The position numbers were made by a program, and so were the translations under genes. Shown here piece after piece: positions 61,788-64,000 of a stretch of DNA of 64,000 nucleotides. Under the pieces are notes generated by a model. The model worked only from the letters and a program-made list of their open reading frames with translations, did not search any database and was not told where the DNA came from. The stretch is from an uncultured Chloroflexia bacterium (GTDB taxonomy: Bacteria > Chloroflexota > Limnocylindria > Limnocylindrales > CSP1-4). The stretch is from NCBI GenBank assembly GCA_963768655.1, contig CAVYIM010000004.1, positions 704,001-768,000 of the forward strand, given 5' to 3'. How positions within the stretch are numbered: position 1 is the stretch's first letter; every line of letters starts with the position of its first letter.

Positions 61788-63954
61788 CTACGCCCTGGGG
61801 TCGAGAGAGCCCGTACCGGCGTGAGGCCGTCGAGGCGCGACCGCCTCGACGGCAACGGAGGCAATCGACCGCGCCTGCAGAGTCTCGAACGTGTCGATCG
61901 TACCCGGAACGCCGGTCAATTCCTCGGTCCGATGATAGGCACCGTCCGCGCCGAGCTGCCACGAGCGGCGATCGTCTGAAAGCATCACCTCTACCAGCGA
62001 GCGGATCTTGGCCTGGGCCTCCAGATCCTCGACCGGCACGATGGCCTCCACGCGGCGGTCCAGGTTCCGCTCCATCAGGTCGGCGGAACCGATGTACCAC
62101 TCCGGCCGGCCGTCATTGGCGAAGCTGAAGATGCGCGAATGCTCGAGGTACTGGCCCACGATGGAGCGAACCCGGATCCCCTCGCTCACGCCCGTCAGAC
62201 CGGGCCACAGCGAGCAGATGCCGCGAATCAGCAGATCCACCTGGACGCCGGCCTGGGACGCCGCGTAGAGGGCGGCGACGCAGGCCGGATCGACGAGGGA
62301 GTTGAGCTTGAGGATGATTCGGGCTGGTTTGCCGGCGCGAGCGTGGTTCGCCTCGCGCTCGATCATCGACAGGATCCAGTTGCGTAGATTCATCGGCGCC
62401 ACGATCAGACGCCGGAAGTCTCGCTGACGCGACAGCCCCGTGAGGACGTTGAACAGGTCGCTGACGTCGGCGCCCAGCTCCGGCCGGGACGAGAGAAGGC
62501 CCAGGTCCGTATACAGGCGAGCCGTCCCCGGGTTGTAGTTGCCCGTGCCGATGTGAACGTAGCGGCGCAGCGCGGAGCCCTCGCGGCGGACCACCAGGCT
62601 GGTCTTGGAGTGCGTCTTGAGACCGACCAGCCCGTAGACGACGTGCGCCCCCGCCTGCTCGAGCTTGCGGGCCCATTCGATGTTGGCCTGCTCGTCGAAG
62701 CGGGCCTTGATCTCGACCAGGACCACCACCTGCTTGCCGCGCTCCGCGGCGGAGATCAGGTCGCGCACGATGGGCGAGTCGCCGCTGGTCCGATACAGGG
62801 TCATCTTGATGGAGAGGACTTCCGGATCCGCCGCCGCCTGGTTGATGAACCTCTGCGTGGACGCGGCGAAGCTCTCGTAGGGGTGGTGGACCAGAAGATC
62901 TCCGGACCGAATGGCGGCGAAGACGTCGGCCTGCTCGTCCTCGTCCGGCGGCGCGAGGCGCGGCGGCACGACCGGCGCGTAGGGAACGAGCTTGAGGTCC
63001 GGCCGGTCGAGGCTGGCCAGCTGCATCAGGCCGGTGTGGTCGAGCATGCCGCCGACCTCGTAGCAGTCCTCGGGGCCGACGCCGACGCCACGCTCCAGGA
63101 TCTGCCGCATCGACGCCGGCATGTCGCGGTCCACTTCCAGGCGCACGGCGTCGCCGAAGCGGCGCCGCCTCAACTCTTCCTCGATCGCGAGGAGCAGGTC
63201 GTCGGCCTCGTCCTCTTCGAGCTCCAGGTCGGCGTTGCGGGTGACGCGGAAGAAGTGCGTCTCGCGGATCGTCATGCCCGAGAAGAGCATGTCCAGGTTG
63301 GCGGCAATGACCTCCTCGACCAGGACGAACTTGCTCGGCTCGATCTCGATCAGGCGTGGGAGCAGGGAGGGCACCTTGACGCGGGCGAAGCGCTCCTCCC
63401 CGCCGTCGGGGTCCTCGATCCGGATCGCCAGCGACAGGCTGAGAGTGCTGATGTACGGGAACGGATGCCCGGGGTCGACGGCCAGCGGCGTGAGGACGGG
63501 ATAGATCTCATCGATGAAGCGCTGCCGCAGGGCTTCGTGGTGCTCGGGCACGTCGCCGTATCCCACGATCGAGATGCCCGCGTCGCTCAAGGCGGCGCAG
63601 ACTCGCTCGAAAGCCTGGCCCTGCTCCAGCAGCATCTCCCGGACCCGCGTCCGTATCGCTGCCAGCTGCTCAGCCGCGGGCTTGTCGCCCGGGACTCGAG
63701 GGCGCGGCTTTCGCCTGCGCCTGCTCCACCAGCCCCGAAACCCTGATCTGGAAGAACTCATCCATGTTGCTGGCGAAGATCGCCAGGAACTTGACCCTCT
63801 CCAGGAGCGGGTTTCGGTCGTCCCCGGCCTCGAACAGGACACGCCGGTTGAACTCGAGCGAGCTGAGCTCGCGATTGATGTACGGGAACTCGGGGCTCGC
63901 CTCGTGCGGGGGCGAGCTCTTCGGTGTCGAGTCCCTGCGAACGATTGCCGTCAC
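61788..63954 (-). CDS. ppk1: Polyphosphate kinase 1; frameshift near 63690 (probable sequence error)
   Basis: NRELS..FN.RV and SNMDEFF in ORF 63670..63954; HPFP, HHPYESF, KARFDE, KTHSK, TGNYN, LEHSR and SADLMERN in ORF 61788..63842. Confidence 0.96.
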
Positions 63955-64000
63955 TTCACCCCGCGCACTCGTGGCGCCGCTGTTTGCCCGGCGCCGCCGT

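Noticed and set aside
63680-63700. ppk1 frameshift as phase variation
   Set aside because: Only a CCCGGG run, too short for a contingency tract; both halves are otherwise intact.

Overview
A GC-rich bacterial chromosomal segment. Gene content and protein style suggest Chloroflexota, probably a Limnocylindria/Ellin6529-like lineage; this is inference only. The left ~27 kb is mostly housekeeping: ycaQ-like glycosylase, glgX, hybrid kinase, sufBD-Rieske, ECF sigma/anti-sigma, lrp-menG, lgt, pckG, mdh, a probable 6S-like RNA, a divergent second lgt, an asparaginase II homologue and gltX. The right ~37 kb is a phosphorus super-cluster. It holds a PhoB/RegX3-like regulator, pit, an organophosphate-type ABC importer with a PHP hydrolase, and a 2-aminoethylphosphonate (AEP) catabolic unit (phnW-phnX) with unusual additions. 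It also holds pstSCAB-phoU, an atypical response regulator, DUF47, a nucleoside salvage block, a PhoR-like kinase, a second phoU and a ppk1-CYTH/CHAD-sixA operon. Five sites, giving six promoter readings, share one architecture visible in the sequence: three GTTAAC-like hexamers at 11-bp pitch, 10 bp, then an nAnnnT -10. This looks like a lineage-specific Pho box. The best candidate for an undescribed system is the Pho-box-controlled phosphonate unit. Its parts are a PhnW carrying a degenerate phosphonatase-like domain, an intact PhnX, a saccharopine/lysine-dehydrogenase-family oxidoreductase, and a divergent NPP-type hydrolase on a bidirectional promoter. Other leads are a candidate anti-Shine-Dalgarno sRNA and AT-rich synonymous patches in sufB. 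Several single-base frameshifts (gltX, ppk1 and others) are most likely sequencing or assembly errors. No tRNA, rRNA, CRISPR array or transposase was recognised.
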